A stretch of 63,871 nucleotides of DNA, counting the filler, from Neolecta irregularis DAH-3 (lineage: Eukaryota), in the NCBI GenBank assembly GCA_001929475.1. It is 13 parts of 13 records of this genome, joined end to end, with 100 filler letters (N's around TTAATTAATTAA, not from the genome) between each part and the next. Parts side by side here need not be neighbours in the genome. Positions count along the whole stretch, not along the records: positions 50,814 to 54,722 come from LXFE01000924.1; positions 54,823 to 56,687 come from LXFE01000925.1; positions 56,788 to 58,722 come from LXFE01000926.1; positions 58,823 to 62,730 come from LXFE01000930.1; positions 62,831 to 63,871 come from LXFE01000991.1; 8 more parts are not named here. The stretch is one strand, 5' to 3'. Position numbers and translations under genes: made by a program. This document shows positions 50,814 through 63,871 of the stretch, piece after piece. Under the pieces are notes generated by a model. That model searched no databases, was not told where the DNA came from, and worked only from the letters and a program-made list of their open reading frames with translations. Numbering within the stretch: the first letter of the stretch is position 1; every line of letters starts with the position of its first letter.

Positions 50814-53800
50814 ACAGACACAGACATCGCGCATACAGACATCACAGATACAGACTTTGCGGATACAGACACAGACATCACGCATACAGACATCGCGGAT
50901 ACAGACACAGACATCAACATCAACACAAACATCCTCGTCGCAGCCACCGTCGACGGCTCGCTCTGCGCCATCCACAAACCATCCGGCGCGCTGCTCTGGA
51001 CTCGCCCCACGCCGCCGCTGCTCTCCTCCGCCCCGCTGCACCCGCGCGCCCCCTTCTGGATCGTAGAACCCGTCGACGGCGCCCTCTTCTACCTCGACCT
51101 CGACGGCCTGCACCCGCTGCCCCTCCCCATCCCCGCCCTCGTCGAATCCTCCCCCTTTGCCTTCGCAGACGCCAGAGTCTTCATCGGGAAAAAGTCCACT
51201 ACTATGCTCGCCCTCGATTTACTTACAGGCGCAGTCCTGCACTCATACGGCCATGCCGACCAGAACCCCCTCCTTCAAACTTGTGCAAATTCCCCCCATT
51301 CAGTCATAATAGGCCGCACCGGTATTCCTCCGCCCTATCCCCCTGACCAGTAGACTACCTCCTCACCATCCACTCGGCCGCAGATATCGTGTGGGAAACT
51401 AGTTATTCCATATGGCACCCAAATACCCTACCCTCCCCTCTTCCTTCTTCGTATCTCTTTTCTTGTTTGTCTCTGATCCCAGCTATGTCTCCTTGCATGA
51501 TGGCCGTCTCGTGAGTCGCGACAGAAATTGGATCGTTCATCTCGATTCCCCCGTCGTCGAAATGTTTGATGTTGTACAGCGCAGGAGTAATTATATCTTG
51601 CAAAGTGCAAGACCGAGATATTTTGGAAATGATTTGAATGGAAATGATTTGAATGGAAATGATTTGAATGGAAATGATTTGAATGATCATTTTGATTTGA
51701 ATGGACATTTCGATCATTCAAACTTCAATTCAAATTATTTCAATTCTCTCTTTCTTAACAAAACTAAAGATGGATCATGGTACGCCCTTTCAGAAAAATA
51801 TTTCCCTTTAAAGAGTGTGGAACAGGCGAAATGGTATTTATATCCGAGTGGCGGAGAAGGCGATTTAGTGGGCCTGCATTATTTAGGAAGAGGCCTTGTC
51901 GATAAAACTGGTTCCATCGATCATTTGGATGCTCGAAATGACAAGAGTTTAACTGAATTAATGGAATTTCGAAAAAATGTTGATTATTTTAAGAGTGAGA
52001 ATTTTAAAGATTCCATCGATCATTTGGATGCTCGAAATGACAAGATATCCGAATTAATGGAATTTCGAAAAAATGTCGATCGGGATCTTTTACACTCGCA
52101 AACTCGATCAGATATAATTCCGATTCCACATCTAATTCAACAAACTACCCCAAATCTAATTCAAGATTTAATCAACTTTCCTCCAACGTCACGCGACTTG
52201 ATTGATCCCACTCTCGGTCTAGACAGAAACTCCAAATTCATTCAATCACTATTTCCCGGACTCGTTTCAGACGATATTTTGGATCGGCAGGGTGTCAACG
52301 TCGTTCGAGATCAAGACGCAATTCACAGCGATATCCTCACTCAACCAGACTTTCACTTTGACCTCGACTTTTTGGACTTTCCTGTAACAATAGCAGCAAT
52401 CATCATCGCAACAATATTCCTCATCCGCCATCTCACAAAACGTTCCAGAGTAGACGTCGTCTCAAAACGCATAAAACGCGTTCGCATCCTCGACGAAGAA
52501 TCAGACTCGCCAGAACCGCTCACCGAAGATTCTCGCCCCCCAACAGCTGAACACCCGTCCGCTGACGAATCAGACGGCGTCGTAGAGAAACTGAAACGCC
52601 GTCGCAGAGGCGGTCGCGGTAAACGAAAACAAAAAGACGAAAAGGAGGATAAAAGGAAACTAAAGGACGATCAGAAAGTAAAGGACGATCAGAAAGTAAA
52701 GGACGAAAAGGAGGATAAAAGGAAACTAAAGGACGAAGAGGCTAAAAAAGTAACCCCCAAAGACATCTTCAAAATCGAAGATAAAATCCTCATCGATACA
52801 TTCCCCATACGTATAAACTCTCTTGAAATCACAGATGAAGTTCTCGGCAGAGGAAGTCAAGGAACAGTCGTCTACCGTGGATCCTTTGAAGGTCGTGCAG
52901 TAGCCGTAAAACGAATGCTCGTCGATTTCTACGATATCGCCTCCCATGAAGTCTCCCTTTTACAAAAAAGTGACGATCACCCCAACGTCATCCGATATTT
53001 CTGTAAAGAACAATCTGAACGGTTCTTATACATGGCTCTCCAATTATGTCCCGCCTCCCTTGCCGATGTCGTTGATAGACCCGCTGCCTTTCCAGACCTC
53101 TGCAGTTTAATGAGACCCATCGATGTCTTGTTCCAAATGATGAACGGATTAAAACACCTGCATTCACTTAAAATCGTCCACCGCGATATAAAACCGGAAA
53201 ATATACTCGTTTCAGGTCCCTTTGGCACCGCAAAAAGTCCAAAGGAATACGTTCGTATACTCATCTCGGACTTTGGCCTCTGTAAAAAATTAGAAGCGGA
53301 TCAGAGTAGTTGGTACGCTACTACTGCCAACGCTGCAGGAACTTCAGGCTGGCGAGCGCCTGAATTGCTCGTTGATAAAACTGACGACACTACACAAAAG
53401 GAATACTCCAATTCATCAAACTCCGAATGGACTGTAATCGATCCGCTATCGCAACGTCGTGTATCCAGAGCCATCGATATCTTTTCAATGGGATGCGTAT
53501 TCTATTGGTTTCTCACAAACGGTCATCATCCCTTTGGAGACAGATATCTCCGTGAAGCAAATATCGTCAGAAATCAACCCTCCCTCGCTTTTCTATCAAA
53601 CGATTCCGCTGAAGAAATTGAAGCAACGGATCTCATCGTGCAAATGATTCACTACAAGCCAAAATCACGACCGGATACATTTGCAGTCATGAACCATCCG
53701 TTCTTCTGGCCCCCTCATAAAAGGCTCAATTTCCTGCTCGACGTCTCGGACAGATTACAGCTCGAACAACGTGATCCCCCTTCCCAACTCTTACAGGCAA

Positions 53801-54158
53801 TAGAATCAAAAGCAGTAGAGGTGGTAGGCACAGACTGGTACAAAAGATTGCACGATCGTTCGTTTGTCGCGGATCTGGTCAAACGCAGAACGTACCAGGG
53901 CGATAAAGTAGAAGACCTCCTCCGCGCAATCAGAAACAAGGTACATCACTCAACACACATTACTCACTTTAGAAAAATCACTACCAAGAGTTGCCCCAGA
54001 GCGTTAAACTCATAGTCGGACCCCTTCCTGATGGCTTTTTGGAATATTTTACAACAAGGTGGGGTCGACTGTTATTGCATTCGTATAATATCGTTCGACA
54101 AAGCGATCTTACTACTGAATCGGCGTTTCGTACTTATTTTCCAATCTACAAGGTCTAG
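50814..54158 (+). CDS. IRE1: Ire1 ER-stress kinase/endoribonuclease, 5' end lost in gap
   Basis: Luminal ATVDGSL/WIVEPVDG/LVESSPF/IGRTDY; TM; LGRGSQGTVVY, SDDHPNVIRYFC, HRDIKPEN, SDFGLCKKL, GTSGWRAPE; KEN domain DLLRAIRNK|KNHYQE. Confidence 0.97.
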
Positions 54159-54822
54159 TGCGCTTAGAGTAGGATATAGAAATGTATAGACGAGGAATAG
54201 CATTGTGATTAGTCTGAACTAGACCCTCCCCTCACTATGCCAGTCTGGTCTGGTCTACTTAACATGCCGCCCATTGATAAGCCATGGAATCATCATTTCC
54301 GCGAGAAGTGTCTGGTACGGTCCGCTTATGGGTATGAAGTTGGGATTTAAACATTCATCTGATGTTCTCTAGTATCAAGAGTAATGCAAACACGCCTCAC
54401 AATCCCGATTTCTACCAGCTCAAGAAGTAGCTAATGCCAGACATATAGGATGTACTTCATCTGACAATATTGTAGGTAATTCAATGTATTTTCAGTTTAA
54501 TGACTACTTCCCACCTTCCAAACAAATAAGGGTTATCAGAGGATTCTCGTCCAATCTACCCAACCACTCTCCATCCTTATCAACTTCACTAATCGCCATC
54601 AAACTCCCTGATCTGGCTGGCCCAGAAGTTACAGGCGTAAGGATATGCTATTCTATTCCAGTTTTCTTGAGACTTCCTTGTGCATGCAACAGTATCAAAA
54701 AGATGCCATATTACAGATCCCANNNNNNNNNNNNNNNNNNNNNNNNNNNNNNNNNNNNNNNNNNNNTTAATTAATTAANNNNNNNNNNNNNNNNNNNNNN
54801 NNNNNNNNNNNNNNNNNNNNNN

Positions 54823-56321
<1,499 letters not shown>

Positions 56322-56465
56322 CCAGACGCGGGAAATACAAGATTCGGTGTTGTGTGTTGTCTGTGTTTCCGAGAGGACTCGAGTCGGGGATGTCACAAGT
56401 AAATGTCCGCTTGCCTCCCTTGCCTCCCTTGTTTCATCAGAATTGACATCCGATCTAACCATCAT

Positions 56466-56590
56466 TCATACATCCACTAGCATCATCCATAGCATCCATA
56501 GCATCCATAGCATCCATCCATAGCATGACATCCATAGCATGACATCCATAGCATGACCCATAGCATACATCCATAGTATGACATCCACCA
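56466..56590. repeat. Tandem catccatag / catccatagcatga microsatellite
   Basis: About ten 9-14 bp units upstream of CMK1. Confidence 0.85.
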
Positions 56591-56787
56591 GAATCGCCAC
56601 TTGGTGATGATCATTTCTTCTCATCAAATATCCACCTACTATCAAGGTCGCTACAAATAAATGCAAGTATTTTTAGATCTCTGACGTNNNNNNNNNNNNN
56701 NNNNNNNNNNNNNNNNNNNNNNNNNNNNNNNTTAATTAATTAANNNNNNNNNNNNNNNNNNNNNNNNNNNNNNNNNNNNNNNNNNNN

Positions 56788-58722
56788 GCGACAATTTCCA
56801 ATCGTTGTTTTTGTTGTTGAATAGTAGTGTCCACGTCTCTTTTCCAAAGGACAATATTGCCATCTGCCTCTGTTCCTACAAAAGTTGTTTCGTCAATGGG
56901 GAAGGTAGCGGTCATCCACATTGCGCCGTAGTCCTTTGCAATTTGTTCTATTTTCGACGTGGTGGGGTTGAATTTATACAGGGCGATCGATTTCATTAAA
57001 TCGCCTACTAGGATTAATTCTCGATATACTGAAATCGAGAGGGCTAGCGTGCTAGTTTGGCAAGTTGACAGCAAAAACATTTTGGTGTCAACTATATCGT
57101 ACAAATGCAGCTTGAAAATCAGCCGGCATCACGAACGATGCGTACGAAGGAATTGACAGCGCAGATTATGCGATTTTGCACTGGTTCTAAAGCGTAACAC
57201 GTCCCTTGAATTCCAGTCTCGCCTACGAGTCGCAATTTTTGCTCAGAGTTGATTTCGAAGAGGAGGATACGGCCTTTTGAACTTTCATCTTCGTCCGGGT
57301 TGGTGTATCCTGTTCCCACGAATACTTTTTGTTTAATCCAGTTGATGCAGGATATGTTTTCATCTTGATCAAGTTCGAATGAATGAATTTCTGTTTGTTA
57401 GTAGAGTGGAGGCGGGATGTACCATTAAACAGGCCATCTTGTAGAATCTTTACAAAGGTGCGTTGATATTCTTGACCTGTTTCCCCGCGGACTTGTAATT
57501 GAACAACACCGACGACCCAGACTTGGCCTGTAAAAACGATGCGTCGAGGCAAGCCATCCATTGGGAACGATTTAACATGAATTTTCTGGGCGTTTTCAAC
57601 GGTTGCAAAGATCATGCCCGAGTTGTTTACGATGACCAGTGAATCCTTGAATCCGGAAAAGTTGCTCACGAAATTTGAATCCTACGTGTTAGCAGGCTTT
57701 TTGAGGGGAATACCGAGATATTTGTGCTGGACCAAGTTATTTTGCCTGCCTGGATTGTGAATATTCCGGAACGGTCTGAAGAGGCCCAGATGGCAGGCTG
57801 TCCATTCATTTCTATAGAATGTAATTTTACAGGCGTTTGGGCGATGTTTAGCGATTTTTTGCCAACGAGTTTGTTTGCGTGTATTGAAAAGGTATAGACT
57901 TTTCCGTCGCCCAACGAGACGATTAGATGATCAGCGAGTATGGCGATTGAGCGGGGTATTGAGTCTGAGGGGAGGGATTCGGCTATAGGAGTGGACTTGT
58001 CCAGGGGGATGATGTGGATTGAAGGGCGTGTCCAGAGACCGAGGAGGATGGCAGAGGGTGTCAGTGCGAGACAAGAGATTTCGCTGGAAAAGGAGTATTC
58101 ACTGGAGTCAGAAAAGAATGGGAAAGAACTACGCGATGATTTGCAGAGCAGGAGAGAACTGGATGACTGAGCCTGACTGAGTGGCGACGATGATAACGGA
58201 CGCGTTCGAGTCTGCGTGTGAAATGTAGAGTCCGGCAGGAGGATGCCATGCAGCCAGAATGGATTCGCGGCGTGAAACGAGGACAGAGTCTCTGGTGACG
58301 TGAACGAGTGAGCTATTAATAGTGCCGGCAAAGATTGTTTGTTTGTTGAAGGGGATGCCGGGGAATTCAGGGAGCATTTCGAGCTCGTCGTTGGTAGACT
58401 GTAAAACCCTAGTTTCGGACGAAAAGGCGAGGACGAGAAGGCTATTGTTGGTGAGAAGGAGAAGGAGAGATACCCGTTGTGGAGGTCCCAGACGGCCTGG
58501 ATGCCCTCGAGATCGACGGAGCCGAGTTCCTCGACGGCGATGCCGTTGCGGACAACGCGGATGGAGCCATCGCTGTAGCCGCCGGAGCAGGTGACGACGG
58601 CCTTTGACGAGCCCGAGTCGTGGACGCAAAAGTCTGAGACGGGGGCGATGTTTGTGAGGGCGTGGAGGGAGCGGGCAGCGGCCGCGGATATCTCGAGGAG
58701 GTGGGAGTCGCCAAAGTGGGAG
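56788..58722 (-). CDS. DDB1: DNA damage-binding protein 1 (DDB1), internal part between gaps
   Basis: SHFGDS, TNIAPVSDF, VTCSGGYSDGSIRVVRNGI, EISCL, IPRSI, VSLGDG, VGTGY...KGRILLF, ILVGDLMKSI. Confidence 0.93.
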
Positions 58723-58822
58723 NNNNNNNNNNNNNNNNNNNNNNNNNNNNNNNNNNNNNNNNNNNNTTAATTAATTAANNNNNNNNNNNNNNNNNNNNNN
58801 NNNNNNNNNNNNNNNNNNNNNN

Positions 58823-61800
58823 AGGGCGGAAATGAGGATTGTCGTTGTAACGGGAAAGTGAAGAAAACTAGTGTTTCCATGTTAATTGTGACATGCTCCC
58901 CTCTAGACATCGACTGCGCTGTTTAGTTTACTGACGCAGGCGATGTCGGCTACTCCAGATCCGGGCATTAGAGTCCGAGAAAAATATCTTTTCAGTCGCC
59001 GGCCGTTGACCTTTCGCGGGTATAACTGTCCATTTTCGTTCGCGATCTTATATGTGTTTCCCTCGTGTACAGAGACAATAACGTAGCGTTCCTTGTAAAA
59101 CAGGGGGGCGAACTTGTTCTGGCGAGATTGGGAAGTTGCTAACAGGATGATTTGACCAGTCTTGAACGTAGTTATAGGATTGTAAGTGTCCAGTGCTTCC
59201 GCTCTGAGGTCATAGACTTGTTCCGTAATTTCAGCATGTCGGGTGAGCCGCTGTTCATTTGACATCATCTGAGATGCGAATCGAAGAACTGGGTCAAAGG
59301 AAGGGGACCAGATGCCAAATAGGATCTCGTATGGGGAGTACGGCAGGTTGCTCAGTTTCCTCGTCCTATAAAAATATAGAAATTCGTTAATATACATGTC
59401 CCAGTTCTGCAGATTTCCACATACCATAATCTTCAAATGTTTCATCAACGTACCATTAAACCGTTCCATAAGTCCGTTGCATTGCGGGTTATAAGGGGTG
59501 GTAAGAGCGAATCTGGTCTTGATATTTTCACAGAGGGTTCTTATCACTTCATTGTTGAAATGACGTCCATTATCAGTGATGATACGGGAGGGAGGTCCAA
59601 AGAAGCAAACAACTGAGTTGTAGAGAGTTTCAGCGACAACTGCGGAGTTGTCACAGGGGAGGGCAAAAGCAAGCGGAAACCAAGAAAAATGTTTGACGAT
59701 AACTAAAATATGATCATTGCCACTTGCTGATTTAGGGATTGGTCCTATAAAGTCAAGGGAAAAGGTATCAAATAATTTTTCGGGGAATATTGTGTATTCA
59801 TTTACCAGAGCATCAGAGTTGACTGGGCGAAACAGTTGACAAGTGTGACAACTGTTCAGATGGGATTTGATATCTCCGTACATGTTTGGCCAATAATAGA
59901 GGGTCCTTGCTGGATAATATGTTGAGTCTGTAGCAAAATGTCCTGCCAATTCATGCAGTTGAAAAAGTATTGCTTGTCGCTCCGATATCCATGGTACGAG
60001 TAAAAGTCCTGTGTCCGTAACACTCCTACTTCGCGATTGGCGCCTAAGGTACAATTTCCCAGAAATAATGGCATATTTGTGCAGATACCGGCAGAATTTC
60101 GATACCTGTGGGTTTGTTCGAATATGAAAAGGGGCTTGAAGGAATAAGTAGATGTCCGATAGGAGTGGTTCGTAGTCTGGTTTTGATTCTTCCACCAAAA
60201 ACCCCACTTCAGTCCTTTCTTGCTCAGAAACCGCAGATTCATCTTCATCGTCATCTGTTCCCATCGGCCGTGAGAAGAAGTCAGCGAAGGTGTTCTCCTT
60301 TCCTTGGATATGGTGAATTTCGAGGTCGTAGTCCTGTAGTCTCATGATATATCGAGAATGTCGAGCGGATAGGTCTGTTTTGTTGAATAAGTACGTGACT
60401 GACTTGTTATCGCAATGGAGATGAACTTTCTGTCCGAATAGGTAGCGATTATAACGTCTAAGGCTGTAATCTATTGCAAGGAGTTCTTTGTCGAGTATGG
60501 GGTAATTAAGTTCCGATTTCCCGAGTTTTTTGGAGATGAATGAAATTGGATGATGGATACCCTGCTGGACTTGGGTGAGTGCCCCGCCAATCACATATTC
60601 TGATGCATCAGTGTATAGGTGATATAGCGCATTGGTGTTTGGCCAAGCCATAATTCGCGTACCAAGGTTTTCAACTTCTGCTTGGAGTACGTCAAATTCT
60701 TCTATCATTTTAGTATTCATTGAGAATCTCATCGAGAGAGAGAGGGATCCAGTGAGTGCGAGAGTTTTTGAGGCAAAATTCGGGATCTTGTCCCTGTGGA
60801 ACCAGACAAGGTGAATAAAGGATCGCATTTCTTTTCTCATTTTGGGAAGGGGGGAGTTCCGGATCTTATCTATTAGCTGTTGTGCAGCTCTAATTCCGTC
60901 CTTGGAGATGATGTGTGCAAATATTTCCAGATCTTGTTGTAGTAACTTCGTTTTGTCTGGTCTTAAGGTAATATTCGCATGCCGACACCGGATAAGAAAA
61001 TCTTCAATAATCTGGAGGTGTTTTTCGATTCCGTCTGTCATGTTAGAGTGAGCTATAATATCATCAAAGTAAACTGAAATATTATTGAGGTCGTGTAAAT
61101 GGAGGTGAGTGGCTCTTGCCCAGGTTGCTGGGGCATACTTGGGACCGAATTGCATTACATTCGTTCCAAAGTGTCCCTATGGGGTCGCCATTACCCATAC
61201 TTCCTTTGCCCGGTCAGTAGTTCGAACTTACTGGTACGCCTTTAGGACATCAAACCCTGAGAATAGATCGGAGCATCTCATGGTCTCTATTGTTTGTCGT
61301 ATGTCTGGAATAAAGAAGCCATTTTTACTTGTGCGCTTATTCAATTCTCGAACATCCCAAACAAGTCGATATTCATCAGTCTTTGGTTTTCGGACTATCC
61401 AGATTGGAAAACCCCAGCGGACAGGTCCATGGATTCGAAAGAGGAGTCCTGATTCAATCTGCCTCGATATTTCCTTTCTTCCGAATTCCTCAAGGGTATA
61501 AGGTAATTTCCTTGGCTTGACATAAATAGGGGACGAGTTTCCAGTATCTATGTCGAATTCAATTTCCGAGATATATTTCCCTTGTATGTCATCAAAGGAA
61601 GTTCCAAAGATATCGTGGTAGCTCATTAGTAGGTCCTTCACCATTACCCGATAGCCAGACAATGGCTCAGGGATCATATTAACTGCATTGTTAACATGCT
61701 GGAAAACATCTCCCGTATTGGCTTTTGGCCGATTGTCGTTATCTTCGGGGAGGGGAATGATACAAAACACTTCTTCCACCTCAGTTGAACCAGAAATAGG

Positions 61801-62730
61801 TAGCTCTCCGATAAGGTATTCATCATCTTCTTCTTCTTTATCGCTATCTTCACTCGATGAATTATTTGCTTCAATTGATATTTGGTCTAATTTCTTTGGT
61901 ATTCATATGGCGTCATTGTGCGATGTTCCCTGATAGTTGATTTGGAGTGGTAAATGGGTGGGGCCGTAGAACCACTTATTGCTTCCCCACGAGGTGGTGA
62001 TTTTAAATTCAGTAAGGCTTCGTCGTCCGATGAGCATGGGGTATTGGAGCTGGGGTATAATTTGAAATTCAGAGCAGCAATCTGTTATACCAAGTTTGAA
62101 CCGAAGGGGTGTTCGTCCAATTGCTTGCACTGTCGGTCCCTTGAATGGGGCAAGCTTCGCAGTACTATGACAAACTTCCTCGATTCCAAGATGTTTTATA
62201 AAATCGAGAGAAGCTAAATTAGTACTTGCTCCACCATCAAGTAGGCAGTTGACATTGAGTCTGGGGAATTTTACCCAGGTGCAAGGGCAGGCGAGCGATA
62301 GGATGGCTTCAGACTGAGGGTTTTCAGAGGTGAGTAATTCCACAGATTTCGGTTTGGTCTTTCTTCTTGCGGTTAACTGTCTTTTAACTTCGGAAGAGAT
62401 GGCGGGGGAGAAATCACAGATGTCCCCAAGGCAAGAATTAACTGGGACTGTTCTCAGGAGTTTGTTGATGAAGATCTGAAGATGAGGGTTAGGTTCGACC
62501 TTTTGACTGTGCTTCCTTTTGGTATTCTTTGGTATTGCCGGATTAGTTTCTGCTTGTATGGGAACCTGCGCTTCTGACTCCTTGGGGACTGGGACTTCAT
62601 CTGGCATCCCGGTATCTGATTGGCCTTCAAGAAGATCTTCAATCCGAACCCTTTTACTTGGCCTCTCATTTGTAAGGAGTGCGCTCTGGTGGTTAGTATG
62701 AACACCAGATGCGGTCTAGTGGCGGAAGGG
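58823..62730 (-). mobile_element. Ty3/Gypsy LTR retrotransposon, disrupted; PR-RT-RH-IN, PPT and start of 3' LTR
   Basis: Protease LLDGGASTN; RT YFDDII; RNase H TDASEY; integrase HHCC and DFIGP/DNG/ERFN; PPT AGAGGGGAGCA 58894-58904 next to LTR TGTCAC at 58893; stops at 61177 and 61228. Confidence 0.95.
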
Positions 62731-62830
62731 NNNNNNNNNNNNNNNNNNNNNNNNNNNNNNNNNNNNNNNNNNNNTTAATTAATTAANNNNNNNNNNNNNN
62801 NNNNNNNNNNNNNNNNNNNNNNNNNNNNNN

Positions 62831-62896
62831 GAAGTACGTCTGCTTAGGCTAGTTATAACACTTGGTCTTATCATACTTCTAAGCGTATAGCTTACA
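62831..62896 (+). mobile_element. LTR-like 3' end
   Basis: cttaggctagttataa...cttggtcttat...cttaca similar to 41510-41565. Confidence 0.45.
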
Positions 62897-63001
62897 CTAT
62901 CTATATCAGGGCTCCTCTTTTAACAAGATCTATTGAACCGAACAAAGCTTCAATATATGATCTGAGACATGCGTTTTCTAACACGTCCATTAAAATCGTT
63001 G

Positions 63002-63871
63002 ATGATGTCGTCTTATACCCGGATACGAAATCCAGGGACTTGTGAAATATTTCCTATTTCACTGAAAAAGTCATATTTACGCATCGCTCACTTCTTTGGA
63101 GTTCTCCTCTTCATTTTCATGATAACGTTCTAGTATTGTTTACGCGCAAACCAGTCTATGCTAAGTATCTAGTTCCATTTTCCTCCATCGACAGACCTTC
63201 TCTAGGTCATTGCTGATAACAAACTCTACCTTGGGTTTTTCTCACATCTACGTCATCATAGCCAAGCCTGAACGGGCCGAATATGTCAATCCCATTTTGA
63301 AATATCACAATCTTGACTACGAAGTGTTTCATGCCTATACAAAAGACAGCGACATTGTCAATACCACAATATCGGAACTGTGGGCAAAAGGTCAGTCATT
63401 GGACCAACCAAGTATCTGGGGGTTAGTCGGTTGTTGGGCTTCTCATCGAGCTGTATGGATGGACGCTCTTGAGAAGAGATATACCTCTTTTTTGGTGCTC
63501 GAAGATGATGTCGATGTTCATGTGGACTTGAGAAGGATCCTTCAAGCTGGATGGAATAATATTACTGAGCCATGGGATATGTATATTCCTGGTCCTTGTT
63601 TCCCAGTATTCGTTGAGGGTTGGACCGGTCCTTTGAAGAAATTGTCACACATGGCTTGCGCTCATGGTTATGGAATACATGCACGCATAGTCACCAAGAT
63701 TCTCGAATGGAGCGCTGAACAACCTGCTGTTGGAATCGATCTACAAATTATGACAGGGCCAATTCATGGTGGTCTGCTCCAAGCGTATGCAATTGACCCG
63801 CCGGTAATCATTCAACGACCTCTTGATGCCCATCACCTGTCTGCAATTAACGGAGTCGTCAAGGATGATGC
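63002..63871 (+). CDS. Glycosyltransferase family 25, type II membrane protein, runs off window; absent from ORF track
   Basis: TM helix, intron gtattg...ctag, NSTLGFSHIYVI, GCWASH, LVLEDDVD, WDMYIPGPC. Confidence 0.85.

Noticed and set aside
61177-61230. Nonsense changes in CpA/TpG context in the Gypsy, Argonaute and WSC remnants suggesting RIP
   Set aside because: The genetic code makes most C-to-T stops arise in this context; long ORFs survive and the DNA is not strongly AT-enriched

Overview
Compact, intron-rich fungal (ascomycete) genomic DNA from a draft assembly in which contigs are joined by artificial 100-nt N-TTAATTAATTAA-N spacers. Gene content, tiny introns (about 31-45 nt), very short intergenic gaps and an S. 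pombe-like tRNA-Phe point to Taphrinomycotina (Neolecta-like; inference, not verified). Positions 1-40260 are a dense run of housekeeping genes (BAR-SH3 protein, AP-2 mu, ETF-QO, SDR, Tre1-like M28 protein, Luc7, Mcm10, EMC4, Slt2/Pmk1 MAPK, Nudix, TrpRS, Ups1, Sdh5, Abz2, U1-C, JmjC, ABCA, CCT5, Arp8, CipC) plus two divergent paralogous kinases. Positions 40290-50713 are an accessory zone of transposon ends (PIF/Harbinger, hAT, LTR) interleaved with captured, intron-retaining gene fragments (Argonaute, CDF zinc transporter, WSC) and a tRNA-Phe. The rest holds IRE1, CaMK, DDB1, a decayed Ty3/Gypsy element and a GT25 gene. The most notable signals are (1) at least six GC-AG introns whose donors conserve only GCA, with degenerate GT donors generally, suggesting relaxed 5' splice-site recognition, and (2) a gene-fragment mosaic containing an Argonaute pseudogene between inward-facing LTR-like ends. 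Exon structures were traced by eye; no database searches were run.
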